DNA of 64,000 nucleotides from Lama guanicoe (GCA_013239625.1 MU053881.1:4981957-5045956), one strand, 5' to 3'; counted from the stretch's first letter, positions 1-12,073 are shown. Notes: a model not told the origin generated them from the sequence alone. Translations and numbers: made by a program.

Positions 1-614
1 AAAGAGGAGGAAACATGAATGTGCTTAAATGCTGGTGAGAAGGAACAAGTTTGGAGGAAGAGGTAAACTGCAGAGAAAGGGGCTAATGGACAGAAGGATC
101 TCAGGAGGGGAGAAGAGTGGTGGGTGTCACATACCAGGGCAGAGGGATACCTTTAGATAGAAACAGGGATTTCACTTCCTCTGTAACAGGAGAGGACGAA
201 GGCAGGAGGGTGGAACTCAGGTAAACCAGAGGGCTGGAACAGGAGCTCTGGAAGTTCCTGGATGATGGGTTTCGTTTCCTCTATCAAGCAGGGGGAATAG
301 TCAACCGCTCAGAAAAAGCAGTAGGGGAGATTCAGAAGCTCCCAAGAGAGAAAAGGCAGTTTTAACAAACCTAATTGTGACTGTTTTATTCTCCTGGCGG
401 ACAAGTGCTTACCCAGTATGGCTTTTGGAGTTAGAGACCTGAATTCCCAGCTCAGGCGCTCATTTTCTATACTATTTCTTTATGACTTAAACTAAGTTTC
501 ATTTTCTTCATATCTAAAGAGAACAGTTCATATTCCGCCCTCAAAAATGGCAGCTCCGTCTCCCTGCCCTCTTTTTCTTTAGCTCACCGTCCAGTTCCAT
601 CTAATCCATAGATT

Positions 615-2110
615 TTCATTCATTCAGTATTGACTGTGCCCTCGTTGTGTGCCCTCAGGCTCTGCACTGAGGTCTGGCAACAAAAGAAGTTCTCTGGCCT
701 CCTGGACCTCAGTTTGATGGGTAGCAAGTAGTTAATAGGTAAACAGGCAAATATATGAGCACTAACTGGGAGAGGGCAGATGGTGATTAAAAACGGGTCT
801 ACGTCGTATCAGGGTGTTGACTACGTGGTTTTATATCTGGCAAAACTCACCTGTGCATTCTACTGTACATAAATTATGCCTCGGTTGAAAAAAAAAGAAG
901 AGATATCAAATTGTGTTCCTTGCTATGAAAGAAAAATAAACGATGCTATGCTAAAACATAGCTTAACTATCTGGGAACGCTTTTCTGAGGAGCCAACATT
1001 TAAGATAAGACCTCAAAAATGAGGAGTTAGCCAGGTAAAGAGGAGAAGAGCACTCCAGGCAGAGGGAGCACCCTGGACAAAGACCCAGAGGGTGCATTTA
1101 AGGACCCGAAAGGCCAGTGTGTTGGAAGTACAGAGCATGTGGGGGACAGTGAGATGAGAAGAGGTCAGGGAATTAGACCAGAACTGGATCACATGGGGCC
1201 TTGTCAATGATTTAGATTTTATAATTAGCACGTCAGGCACCACCGATAGGATCTGATTTGCAAATAATGCCACTCTGTGGAGGATGGACTAGGGTAAGAG
1301 GGGAAGCTGGAGATGCTGTAAATGAAAATGGAAATATAAAAAAGTGGTCAGAGTCAAGACTTATTTTGGAGGTAGAATCAATAAGAGTTAGTGACAGATT
1401 AGAAAAGAAGGGTTAGGGGAAGTTGTTAATAATAATTTAAAGGTTGATAGCATGCGCAAGTGGGGAGATAGAAGTGTCACTTACTGAGGTGGGAGAGATG
1501 GGAGGAGAATCAGATTTTAGAGGCAGTGAGAGTGTCAGGATCAAGAGGACCCTTGCATGAGAAGCTTGAGATGTCCGTGAGACAGCCAAATAAAGATGTT
1601 CAGCAGGCAGTTAGAGCTACAGGGCCGAGGTCAGAAAGATGGTTTGGACCGGAATATACAACAGGGAGGTGTTAGCACAGGGCAGACATTTAAAGCTCTG
1701 GGAATACATATTATCATCGAGGTGGACAATGTAGGCAAGACAATGGAAGACCGGGTGCCGGCCCCGACCAACTGCAGCAGTCAGGGACCAGACAGAGGAG
1801 AAACGGCTTGCAAGGGAGTCTGAGGAGTCAGAAGTAAACTGTGAACCTAAACAGAGAGACTATTTCAAGAAGGAAGGTGGTGACACATATGCAAAGTGCT
1901 GCTGAAAAAGTCAAGGACGGTGAGACCAAGATGTGCCCACTGAATTTAGTCACCAAGAGGCTACTGGTGATCTCAGCCAAAAGCAGTTTCTATAAAGTGC
2001 TGAGACAGAGATTAGACTGGAGAGTGTCCAAGAGTGAGTGGGAGGTGAGGAACTGCCCTCACCTTGAGGAGGTTGGCCATCCACGTAGAGAGCAGTAGCT
2101 GGAAGGAAAT
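615..2110 (-). mobile_element. LINE-2 (L2) fossil, interrupted by a short old L1 3' fragment (~790-900)
   Basis: ttcattcattca 3' tail at about 615, followed by purine-rich L2-like body (for example gcactccaggcagagggagca and gagatgtccgtgagacagccaa). Boundaries approximate. Confidence 0.7.
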
Positions 2111-2481
2111 GTGGGGCTGGGAAAAGATTCCAAAAATTTCCAGTTCTTTTGCAAAAGTGAAGAATCTGACAAGGAGCCTGCATTTCCCTGTGGCAGCAAA
2201 GGGCTGAGGGTGGACGACTATTTCCTTTAAAAGAGCCCACTTCCTTTAATCTGCCTAACCAGCCCCTGCAGGCATGTGCGATTCCTCCATTCTAGAACGT
2301 GTCTGATGGGAAGGATCTGGGAGGCGAGGTTGAATCATACCTCCAGACTATTCTTCCCACTCTATTCCTGTCACACTCTCAGCCTAACTGATCCTCTGAT
2401 TCTGATCGTTTCCTCCTCAGACCTTTAGGGTTCCAATGCCTTAGATGATACACCAAATCCTTATTTCATTCTCTAAAATGA

Positions 2482-2705
2482 TATTCTTAACTGGGGGAGG
2501 TTGGCAGGGGTGGCTTTTGCTTCCCAGGGACGTTGAGCAGTATCTGGAAATGTTTCTGCTTGTCCTGACTGTGAGGAGGTGCTACTGGTATCCAGTGGGG
2601 AGAGGCTGGGGATGCTGCTAAACCTTCCACAGTGCACGGGAGAGCCCCCCACAATAAAGAATTATCCAGCCCAAGATGTCAGTAGCGCTGAGGTTGGGAA
2701 ACCCG
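2482..2705. mobile_element. MER20-like hAT-Charlie DNA transposon
   Basis: Hallmark segments gctactggtatccagtggggagaggctggggatgctgctaaac and aaagaattatccagcccaagatgtc. Confidence 0.8.
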
Positions 2706-3371
2706 GTTCTAACATGTGAGCTCTATGGTAGCAGGGGCCTTGTGGGTCCTGTTCACTGCTGGTCTTCCAGGGAACAGTGCCTGGCAAGTGCTCAATAAAT
2801 AAATATTCCTTCAAGGAATTCCAGTCTGTTTTACTCGCCCCCACTTCCCTACCACACTTTCTAACCCTAAGCGCCACTCACAGAGAACAGAGGGCTCAGA
2901 CTTTCTCACATGGGTTATACTCTCACAATGTCACGCCTCTGACTTGCTGCTGTTTCTCCATTCTTCTTGCCAAATCCAGTACCATCAAATGCCCAGCTTC
3001 CACTAAGCCAAATGATACCAAAACGTTACTCTTATCGCAATATTTTCCCCTGTAAATTTGGTTTAAAGAGCCATCCTGGGCAATGCTAACTAGCAGATTC
3101 TGGACTAAATAAAAAAGGGGAAATTTGCCTGGTTGGCATAACATATTTTTTCAAATTAGAACTGAATGGGAATGCTCTTAATTCAGCTGGGCAGGCGCTC
3201 TCTAGTGGCTCCTGGGCCCAACTACCGGTCTGACACATCTGCAGGGTAGCATTACTTGCCAGGGTCCCGAAGGCACGTAAATGTAAGACTCCCCCACGTC
3301 CAAGCACACTCAAGCAAAGGCGGCGACCCAGCGCCAAGCTGCTGGGTAACTAGAGCCCGGGGGACACGTAC

Positions 3372-3539
3372 CTGGACCTCGTCGTCCTTGCGGATGGGCA
3401 TGGAGCGGACGTTGAACTTCTGCCGCAGCTCCTTGGAGAGTGGCGACGACTTGATCTTCCTGCGCACGTGGGACGGGGCACTGAAGTGACGTTTGCGGTT
3501 TTTGCTGCGGTCCGAGGTCACAAGGGGTTTGAACTTCAT
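3372..3539 (-). CDS. RPL26L1: Ribosomal protein uL24-like (RPL26L1), first coding exon (56 codons; whole exon 3372-3548); remaining exons are outside the window
   Basis: [56 protein letters not shown] is an RPL26-family N-terminus. Acceptor ttgcag|ACGGGCACCATG and donor CAG|gtacgt show an intron-containing gene. Position just downstream of ERGIC1 on the same strand, and the SHVRRK motif, indicate the L1 paralogue. Confidence 0.92.
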
Positions 3540-3934
3540 GGTGCCCGTCTGCAAACAGAGGCGAGAGGGAGCGAAGGAGCGCTCAGCGGGGTACCAGGAC
3601 CCGCTCTCCATGCGGGACACCGCGCCCCATCACCGCGCAAGCGCTCTAGGGAGGAGAATGAAGGCTGTGAGGGATCTGGGAGTTAGACCGGGTAAGACGT
3701 ACGTGGAGGTGCGTGTCTGACTAGAGGGATGTGGGGCGAGGGCGGCACTAGGACTTGAGGCCGACAGAAGGGAGGAGGGCGCGGGCTGAAGAACGACCCG
3801 TGCAAAAAAAGGTCATTCGGGCGGGGGATTAGGCACAGAGACTTCTGGGGAGGCAGGCAGCCCCCCGGCACGTGGGGAAGGGGCCTATGCAGCGCAGGGC
3901 TTCACTGTCGGAGAACACCCGAGCCTCTACTCAC

Positions 3935-4017
3935 CCACCAAGCAGCGGCAGAGTTCAGGCCATGCGCGCGCAGGGCCGGAAGTGAGGCTTCCTTGCTGCG
4001 CAAGCGCAGAAAGAAAG
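3935..4017 (-). other. RPL26L1: Probable non-coding exon 1 of RPL26L1 (5' boundary uncertain)
   Basis: Donor TGG|gtgagt at 3935/3934, inside the CpG island and next to ETS, NRF1 and TCT-like motifs. Confidence 0.6.
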
Positions 4018-4329
4018 CAACGTTCCATTCCCGTTGGACCGAAACTGAATAGCGCCCCCTGTGGGTCGGTGGGATCGCAGTGCCTTGTTTCAAGGGGCCA
4101 TGGGATCTCTAGGCGGCTCCGCGGTTCTAGCCCGTAGCCCGAGTGAGCTGTCGCCGCTGGGGAGAAGCGGCACTTTTGTAGGGCCTGGCATAAAGGCTTG
4201 CTGGTGCTCTTTTAATAGGTACATTAGCAATAGTCTCTCTCCTACCCAAAACTCTTTGGCCCTGTTACTCTCCGCAGAGGTCGTCTAGGCATATGGCCGG
4301 GGTGATTTAACGTCACGATGGTCTAAATG

Positions 4330-4495
4330 CAATAGCTGATTTGCTGCTTCGGAGTCACCGGGAAGCCTGTTTAAAATGCAGATTCTTGTGTTCCACCACA
4401 GTCTTACCAAACTAGACAGTCAGAGTCAGGGAGTCAGAATTTAAAGCAAGCTCTTCCCCTCACCAAAGATTTTGAAGCACACCAATGTTTGAGGG
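4330..4495. mobile_element. MER5A-like DNA transposon
   Basis: Hallmark segments gagtcaccgggaagcctgtttaaaatgcagattc and gaagcacaccaatgtttgag. Confidence 0.55.
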
Positions 4496-4929
4496 TAATT
4501 GCAAATCTACCTGGCTTTGAAAAACTTCCCCTCATTTTTTTTTTATTTAGCCCTTTTCGGAAGAGCTGAGGTTGGCGAGTGGGATTTGGACCCAAGTGCC
4601 TCTTCATGTTGCTGGACCTTGGGAAGACTTCTCCATGTTTCTGAGCCGATTTCCTTATCTGTGAAATGGGGATGATCTTAGTAGATGGCTCCTAGAATAG
4701 TTATGAGGACTAAATGAGTTAATCCGTTTAATGTGTTTAGAATAATGTCTGGGCATAGCGCTCAATTACAGCCGGCTGATATTCCTCATGAAAGCAGAGG
4801 TCTCTACGTGGGGCTTGCTCCAGGACAGTCCTAAGGCGAGGCCTCACCAGGGTCCTCACGATGAGACTTCTGCCATTAACTTCTGATGACGCAAAATGTA
4901 AGCTTTCCGTGTTTGGTGTAAACATGTGC

Positions 4930-5250
4930 AATGCGCCACGCTGACGGAAGCTCGGGGTCGTGCTCTTCCCACTCCTCTTTTTTTTAAACTCAGCGAGAGT
5001 CTTCTAGCGCAGCTAGTGCAGCCTGGGACCCTCCGAGCGCATCTGCGGGTTTGCGGCCACTGCCCCGCCCCACTCAGCTCGGCCCCGCCCATCCCGCCAT
5101 GCCCTGCCCACCTTTGGCTCCTGTTTTCCCCGCTCCGTCCCGCCAGGTCGTGCCCGAGCTCCGCCTCCCGCCCCCGGGAAGACAGCCCAGAGTCCCGGGC
5201 ACCACCCGAGAGCTCGTCAGGCCGAGACTTCCTTTGCGCGCGGCCCCTGG
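4930..5250. promoter_or_regulatory. Second CpG-rich block with GC boxes, about 1 kb upstream of RPL26L1
   Basis: CpG-rich with several CCGCCC boxes. Separated from the main island by MER5A-like and MIR repeats. Confidence 0.55.
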
Positions 5251-8063
5251 GAATGAAACGCTGTTATGACTGAGTGCCCACAGGCAGTCATAGAGTTCTC
5301 AGAGCAGCCCTTACGGTGTTGATCAGGCCCAAGCCCTTTGATAAACGCGTTCATTCATGTATTCATTCATTCACTTACCCACTGGCTTCTTCTCTGTTCA
5401 TTCATTACTTCCCTACCACACTCATTCATCGTCAGTCAGCTGCTCATTTACTCACACATTCATCCATTTGCTCATTAACTTTTTCATCGTATATTTGGTA
5501 CCTAAATGGAGCCACAGGTGCAGGGCTAGATCAGAGAGATGGGGGAGGAGTGAAGTCTGGTCCCTGCTCCCAAGGAGCGCAGGGCCTCACTGGTGAAGGG
5601 CAACCATGTGAGGGCATCTCATTTCCCAAGGCAATCAAGAGGCATTCACTATTAATCAGGGCGGGGAAGCATTTCTTTACCTGCCCCCTGTGGTGGCTCA
5701 ACAAAATTAAGACCGGTACAATGACATCACCAGATAAGAGGACAAAAGCCTGAGGTTCCGTTATTCTAATAAGGACTTAATGGGATTGGCTACTATCCTG
5801 CCTTGTACCTCCCTTGGAAACATGCATAGGGACTGGTGTAGAAGTCCCGGGACCTAGAACAGTGCCTGGCACAGAGGAAATGCCCGGGGAATATTTTTAT
5901 GTCTCCAAGGCAGAAGGTGATGCGGTGGGGAAGAGCTCTGGATTCTGACTGCCTGGGTTGGAGCTCCATCGTTTCCTGGCTCTGTAGCTTTGGATATTTA
6001 GTCTCTTGGTCACTCATTTTCCTCATCTGTGAAATGGGAATAATGAGTACTTACCTTATAAGTTTGGTGTCAGGATTCAGTGAACCCCTAGCACAGTGAC
6101 TGGCACAAAGTCAGCACTTAATTAATGGTAGAAATTATTATGTATTAAAGGGATGAATAATCACAGCTGGTCATATTAGGCTGAGCATTCACTGTCGGGC
6201 ATTGTGCTAACAGCTTTACAAACATCACCTTATTTAATCTGGTAAACAACCCTTGAAATTGTCCCTTTTACAGGTGAGAAAACAGGTTCTGAATGAGATG
6301 GGAGCAGAGGCTGATCTGCCAGTAGATACTCAATATGGTTATTGTTGGCAATAAAGATGAGAAGATCCAGTTATTAACATGGAAAGGTGTCTATTTATTA
6401 CGTGAGCGAAAAAGTAAACTACAAAATAATGTTAAGAGCACGATCCACTTTGTTCATGGAAACCCGTCACTAAGATATTAAGTGATTATCCCCGATTAGT
6501 GGGATTATGGGTAAGTTTAATTTCCCTTTATTTCCTTTTTGCTCTTTTGTGCTTTTCCTCCAATGGGGCTATGAACATGTATTATTTGTGTAACTAAAAC
6601 TGTGTTGTAATGGTTAAAGAGCCCCAGTGTTCAACTCAGCTTTCCTCTGCAGGCTGTTTTATGAGGAAGAAAACAGAAAACAAAAAAGTACCCTCACTAC
6701 TTTAAATCCTCGTTTTTTTGGCGGGGGTGGTGGGTGGTCAGTTCACCCTTTTGACACAGATGATTGTGGGCAGGAAGGTAGAACCTGACACTGGAGTCAG
6801 GCTGACGTGGGTTTGAATTCCGGTATCACCACCTGGTAGCTGTGTGACTGAGATAAGTTTCTACATCTCTGTTTTCTGCTTCCTAAAAAGGAGGGAACAG
6901 CCACCTTGTAGGATTACTGTGAGGATTGAGAAACACGAGGCCTGAACATGGAGAAGGCCCAGTCATTCGTAGCTATTACTACACGAGTTGAGATAAAAAT
7001 AATTTCTTTGGGTCAGAATAAAGTACACGGCCTCATCACCACATAACTGACAGAGGACAACTGCTGGGGGTGAGGAGGAGGGTGTTGGGTGAATGTTCTC
7101 CACACTGTCCCCCCTGGCACTCCTGGACCTCAGCCTGTCTGCTGGAGCAGCTAATGAACCAGCTTAAGAAGGGATTAGGACCACGAGTGACCTGCCACAT
7201 TGAGAAAATGTGTATCTTTGTTTCAGACAAGAACCAAAACCGAGCTTGAGATATTTAGTCATAAAAGCTAACTATACAGCTGCCTTTTGTCAGCCCCATG
7301 GCTACACCCCACCTCTTCCCAAGCTTCACAGCCCCCCTGCCCACCCCAGGCAGCGTGGGCTTGGCACATGAGGGTCTCTCACTGAAGCCCCTCTCCAACT
7401 TCACCTCCTCTGCAGGGGCAACACCTCCCCAGGAGAAGCCATCTCTGCCTGAACCACCAAGGTCCTTACATATACGCGCACTATACTCCACACGTGGTTA
7501 GGTAACTGAAAAAACTGTTCCAAGGGAGAAATCATAAAAATGACACATACATGACTTAAAGGTTTTCCTTCAACTCAAAACACATTGGCCGATCTTTTGA
7601 CCCTGAAGCAAAGCTTTTTCATTGAGAAAACTTTCTCATTGAGAACGCTGGAGTTCTCCTTCATCTTCCCTGTGTAAACCATGTCCTTCCATAAGCCAAC
7701 CCCAGGTTCCAGGTTTTGGTTTCTTTAGAATGGAGTGAGAGTTTAACATGCTTTCAGGGTGAACGTAGAATCGTCCAGGACTTTCCCGCCCTCAACTCTT
7801 TTCAGTTGATTGAATTCGGTAGCATTTTGAGGAGGGATGGTAACTCCCCTTTATTAGGTCTCTCCGAAGTATTCAACTCAGTTTTGCTAGATTCTTTCAT
7901 TTTTCAACCGTATTTCATGCGTTAAGTGAGTCACATCACTACAGTGTTAACACAGCTGGCCCTAACACACGTAACTGATGACCAGCAGGCATGTGCTCTT
8001 GACCGTGACCTCTGAGTGTCACAGTGTAACTCCAGTATCACACAGGATGTGAAAGCGAGATCA

Positions 8064-8183
8064 GGGAGGGGAGGGTACAGCTCAGTGGTAGAGCTCATGC
8101 TTAGCATGCAGGAGGTCCTGGATTCAATCCCTAGTACCTCCATTAAAAGAAAAAAAAGTAAGTAAACCTAATTACCTCCCCCC
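8064..8183 (+). mobile_element. tRNA-derived camelid-type SINE (Vic-1-like), long form
   Basis: A-box agctcagtggtagagc, B-box gattcaatccc, A-rich linker and taaacctaattacctccccc tail. Confidence 0.85.
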
Positions 8184-8821
8184 AGAGAAACAGATGTGTG
8201 TACAGTGTATACAGATGCTGAACTAATACCATATACCCGAAACTTTTAATAAAATATTTTTAAAAAGGAGAGAGAGAAAGGGGAGGGTCAATGAAGACTC
8301 TTGCAGACTGGTTCGCTCTCACGTTTATCCCTCATGTGTTCATCCACGCCCGTGCTGTTCATGTGAGGGCCTTGAAGGACTGGGCAGCAGGTTAGCAAAT
8401 ACCCACTGAAGCCCCTTTCTCAGAGCTGATGCTGATCTTTTATTCTGGGAACACCTTTAGGGCACAACTACCATTTTTGAAAACTTACCAGGTATCACTC
8501 TGCTGCATACATGAGCTTGCTATGATCCCGTGTAATTTACTTCAATATATTATAGATTAATTTCTGCAACAGCCCCGTGAGGTTAAGGACCTGGCCTGAG
8601 GCCACACGACTGCCAAGTAGCAGATCAGGGAACATTCTGTAGGGATTCAATAAAGGAAGGACTGAATCTAAGGGGTCCTGACTTTCTGGTCATCCCCACA
8701 GACCTTTCCACATCTCCCAGTTTCTCTCCTCTAGAAGGAAATTCCATTCTGACTGTGATCCCAGCCTCCAGCCTCAATCAACTGGACAGCAGCACACAGC
8801 AATATTTCTGAAAATTAGCTT

Positions 8822-8827
8822 TTTAAT
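8822..8827 (-). terminator. Probable ERGIC1 polyadenylation signal (ATTAAA)
   Basis: ATTAAA on the minus strand about 1.67 kb after the stop, followed by GU-rich ttgctgtgtgctgctgt. An alternative AATAAA lies at 8439-8444. Confidence 0.6.
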
Positions 8828-10493
8828 CTAGTTGAATCCAACGAGTGGGGAAAGAACAGAAACATTTTTTCCCCCTTGAGATTTTGTTTATAAGAACAAT
8901 GGGTCAGAGGTGTCTCTTCCATAGGAAACTGACATCCCCTATGTCCTCCAGTTTTTTTTTTTCTTTTAAATGCACAAAAGCAGAATTTCAAATCATGTGC
9001 ATGCCACACATTTCCCCAACCTGCCCTGCCCACCCCCAACAGGCACACGTATTCACACACCCAAGGGACTCCTTTCTGTAACTGCGGAGCAGAATGCAAA
9101 AAACAACCCGTCTGAGTGGCCACAAATACCAGAAATAACCAAATGCAGTTTACACTCACATCAGTCAACTCATATGCAAAAGGGGAAGCTTTTCTACTTG
9201 GAATTTGGAGCCAAAAATTACAAATGGCTGAGACTTGAGCCATCCATATAGATAAAAAATGCCTTCCACTGGACACTCCCCTTAATTACAAAAGTATGCA
9301 AACAATCTTGATATAAATGGGAAACAGGTGGGCGCCTCTGTCCCTGGGATGGGAGGGCATACCTAAAATTCCCTGGGTAGAATTCCTGCAGGACCACTGC
9401 CCCTCCCTTTCAAGCCTAAAGGGGAAGGATGAGGGGGAGCAGTAGGGTAGGGATCCACGCAAGAGCAAGTGGGGAGACAGCGGAGCTGCCCCAGGGACCA
9501 GGAATGAGTTGGTGTGTGGCCAGCCAACGGGGGGGGTTCAGGGGGCCAAGCGGACCACAACTGGGCTGCCGAGAGGTCCGAGCGCTGTGCACCCTGGGGA
9601 GCACAGGTGGACGTCCCAAGAGGGGAGAAGGGCTGGTCTGCTTTGCTTCCCCCACCTAAGGCCTTGGGGCCGATGGCAGCCGTCTGGGAGAGGCTGAGAC
9701 ATGATTATTTTGGGATCGCAGAAAAGGATGACTTCCCAGTCACAGCCGGCCCCTCCACCAAGCAACGCTGTTGCCACGCGGCATGGGGGCTGAGGCACAT
9801 TGGCGGGGGGTTCAGAGGAATGAGATGAAGAGAGGAAGGGGAAATCCAGTGGGCAGACTTGAGTCTACACAGCTGCTGCCAACAACTGGGCATCCGCTTC
9901 TGGGGAGAAAAAGAAAGGGGTGGGGAGGGAGGCCTGGGCTGTGGGTCGGGCAGAAGCGAGGGCTCCAGCTCCAGCGCCACATCTCAGGGGCTTGCCTGGG
10001 AGGTACCATTCTCTGATGAAGGCTCCTGGTGGGAAGTACCTTTGGGCAGTCTGGTCCAAAGCCCAGGTCTGCGGGTTGGCTGCCCAGGGGAGAAACCAAG
10101 TGATTAGTGCGTCCAAACGGTGGGGGCTGCGAGATTGTCAAAGCCTGGCTGAGAGCTGGTCGACGTGGATGCTGGGCTGCTCCCCTAGGAGGGACCGGAC
10201 TGTAGTTCTACCAGGAGTGGTTCCCAACACCCCCAAGCCTTCCTTGCCTGACTTGGTCTTGGGGCTCCTCAGGGAAAGAAAGGGGCACCACGACATCAGG
10301 CAGTGTAATTCATCTCAAATTAAACATGGGGAAAAGAGGTAGCTGCGAACCTGTGAGCCGCCCCCTCCCTCCCCTCACCCCCAATTTCGGACACAGTCAG
10401 ATCCCAGGCCAGACAGAGGGCAGGAGGAGACAGGGCACTGGAGGCAGGGCTGGTGGTCTCCCTGGGTCCTCGGCCAGCAGGCCGGGCAGGTCG

Positions 10494-10601
10494 TCAATGC
10501 ATCTTGCCCAGCTGGATCTTCTTCCAGGCCTCTGAGGCTGTGAAGATACACGAGTCCAGAATGCCGGCGACGGTGAAGGTCCCGCCAATGATGGCACAGA
10601 T
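10494..10601 (-). CDS. ERGIC1: ERGIC1 terminal exon 10, coding part: ICAIIGGTFTVAGILDSCIFTASEAWKKIQLGKMH*
   Basis: Translated by hand. Acceptor tttcag|ATCTGT; TGA stop at 10496-10494. Encodes the second TM helix and the cytosolic tail. Confidence 0.96.
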   Translation of the reverse strand: MCAIIGGTFTVAGILDSCIFTASEAWKKIQLGKMH

Positions 10602-11331
10602 CTGAAAGGAGGGGAGGTCAGAGGTCAGCACTGGAAGAAGCACCAGGCCAGACCTCTCCCAAGTCACGAGATGACGAGCTTAGCAATTGAAGATGCTCCG
10701 CCCTGTTGTGTCCCCCACGGTAACCCATGGGGTCTTGAACACACCTAAGGCACAAAAAACCCCATTCATTGGATGAAGAATTAAATAATAAAAAAAGTAA
10801 TCATTATCAGTTCCTTTAAATCTCATATTAACCTTCTGAAAGGAAGGGGATTATCAGACCCATTTCAGAGGTGGGGAAACCGAGGCTTATAGGTAACTCC
10901 ATTTCCAGAGTAAGCAGCAGAGCTGTGACTTGAACTCAGGCATGTCTTCAATTCCAGAGCTGGCAGTCTTACCTTCTACTCTAAGTTATCAGATATTTAC
11001 AATCCCATTTGTAGATGAAGGAATGGAAGTTCGGAAAGGCAGTGCCATGGGCCCAAGGTCATATAACCGAGAAGTGGCAAAATTGGACTTGAACCTGGGT
11101 CAGACAGGCCCAGGCACCAGTGCTGCCTGTGACTGAGGTCTGGGGTGGGCTGAACAGGCAGCACTGGCCTGGAGTGCGAAACAAATCTTGCCTCACCCTC
11201 AGAAGCTTGTACTATATCAGTGGAATGAGTAGCCATCAAATAGTCTTACCTATCAATGCAAAATTACAACCAAGGCAAGTGCTACAGAGGAGAGAGGGGC
11301 CTGCGGTGCCACCAGGAAGCTTACAGTGGCG

Positions 11332-11430
11332 GAGGGGGTGGGTGGGTGTAGCTCAGTGGTATAGTGCATGTTCAGCAGGCACGAGGTCTTGGGTTCCATC
11401 CCCAGCACCTCCATTAAAAAAAAAAAAAAA
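11332..11430 (+). mobile_element. tRNA-derived SINE, short form, directly abutting an L1 3' fragment
   Basis: gtagctcagtggtatagtgcatg...gggttccatccccagcacctccatt followed by a 15-nt A run. Confidence 0.85.
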
Positions 11431-11433
11431 GAA

Positions 11434-12073
11434 ACCCAGGAATTCCGCTCCTGGGCATGTATCCAGAAGGAACCCTACTTCAAAATGACACCTGCACCCC
11501 AATGTTCACAGCAGCACTATTTACAAAAGCCAAGACACGGAAACAGCCTAAATGTCCAGCAACAGATGACTGGATAAAGAAGCTGTGGTATATTTATCCA
11601 ATGGAATACTATTCAGCCATAAAAACTGACAACATCACACCATTTGCAGCAACATGGATGCTCCTGGAGAATGTCATTCTAAGTGAAGTAAGCCAGAAAG
11701 AGAAAGGAAAATACCATATGAGATTGCTCATATGTGGAATCTAAAAACAAACAAACAAACAAAGCATAAATACAAAATAGAAACAGACTCATAGACATAG
11801 AATACAAACTTGCAGTTGCCAAGGGGGCAAGGGGTGGGAAGGGATAGACGGGATTTCAAAATTGTAGAATAGATAAACAAGATTATACTGTATAGCACAG
11901 GGAAATATACACAAGATCTTATGGTAGCTCACAGACAAAAAAAAATGTGACAATGAATATACATATGTTCATGTATAACTGAAAAATTGTGCTCTACACT
12001 GGAATTTGACACAACATTGTAAAAGGATTATAAATCAATAAAAAATGTTTTAAAAAAAAGGAAAAAGAAAAGA
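11434..12073 (+). mobile_element. 5'-truncated LINE-1 (ORF2 C-terminus, 3'UTR, A-rich tail)
   Basis: ORF 11457..11744 (TCTPMFTAALFTKAKTRKQPKCP...WIKKLWYIYPMEYYSAIK...FAATWMLLENVILSEVSQKEK) is the L1 ORF2p C-terminal region, uninterrupted. AATAAA and an A-tail follow. Confidence 0.93.

Larger units (their letters stand above)
3300..4300. promoter_or_regulatory. CpG island / RPL26L1 promoter
   Basis: CpG-dense. Contains ETS/GABP CCGGAAGTG (3976-3984), NRF1-like TGCGCAAGCGCA (3997-4008), a minus-strand pyrimidine tract CTTTCTTTCT (4017-4008) and a CTCF-like motif (4050-4068). Confidence 0.8.

Noticed and set aside
3252..3620. 122-aa ORF as a single-exon, N-extended or processed RPL26 pseudogene
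   Set aside because: RPL26 homology starts just after a canonical acceptor and stops exactly at a GT donor, so the flanking residues are intron translation.
5345..5480. (TCAT)n-like repeat array
   Set aside because: It is a degenerate microsatellite of the kind derived from L2 3' tails, with no repeat-spacer structure.
8064..8145. tRNA-Ala-like sequences here and at seven other sites as tRNA genes
   Set aside because: They are mutually diverged and carry A-rich tails, and several have target-site duplications, so they are SINE copies rather than tRNA genes.
11457..11744. 95-aa ORF as a host gene
   Set aside because: It is the L1 ORF2p C-terminal fragment.
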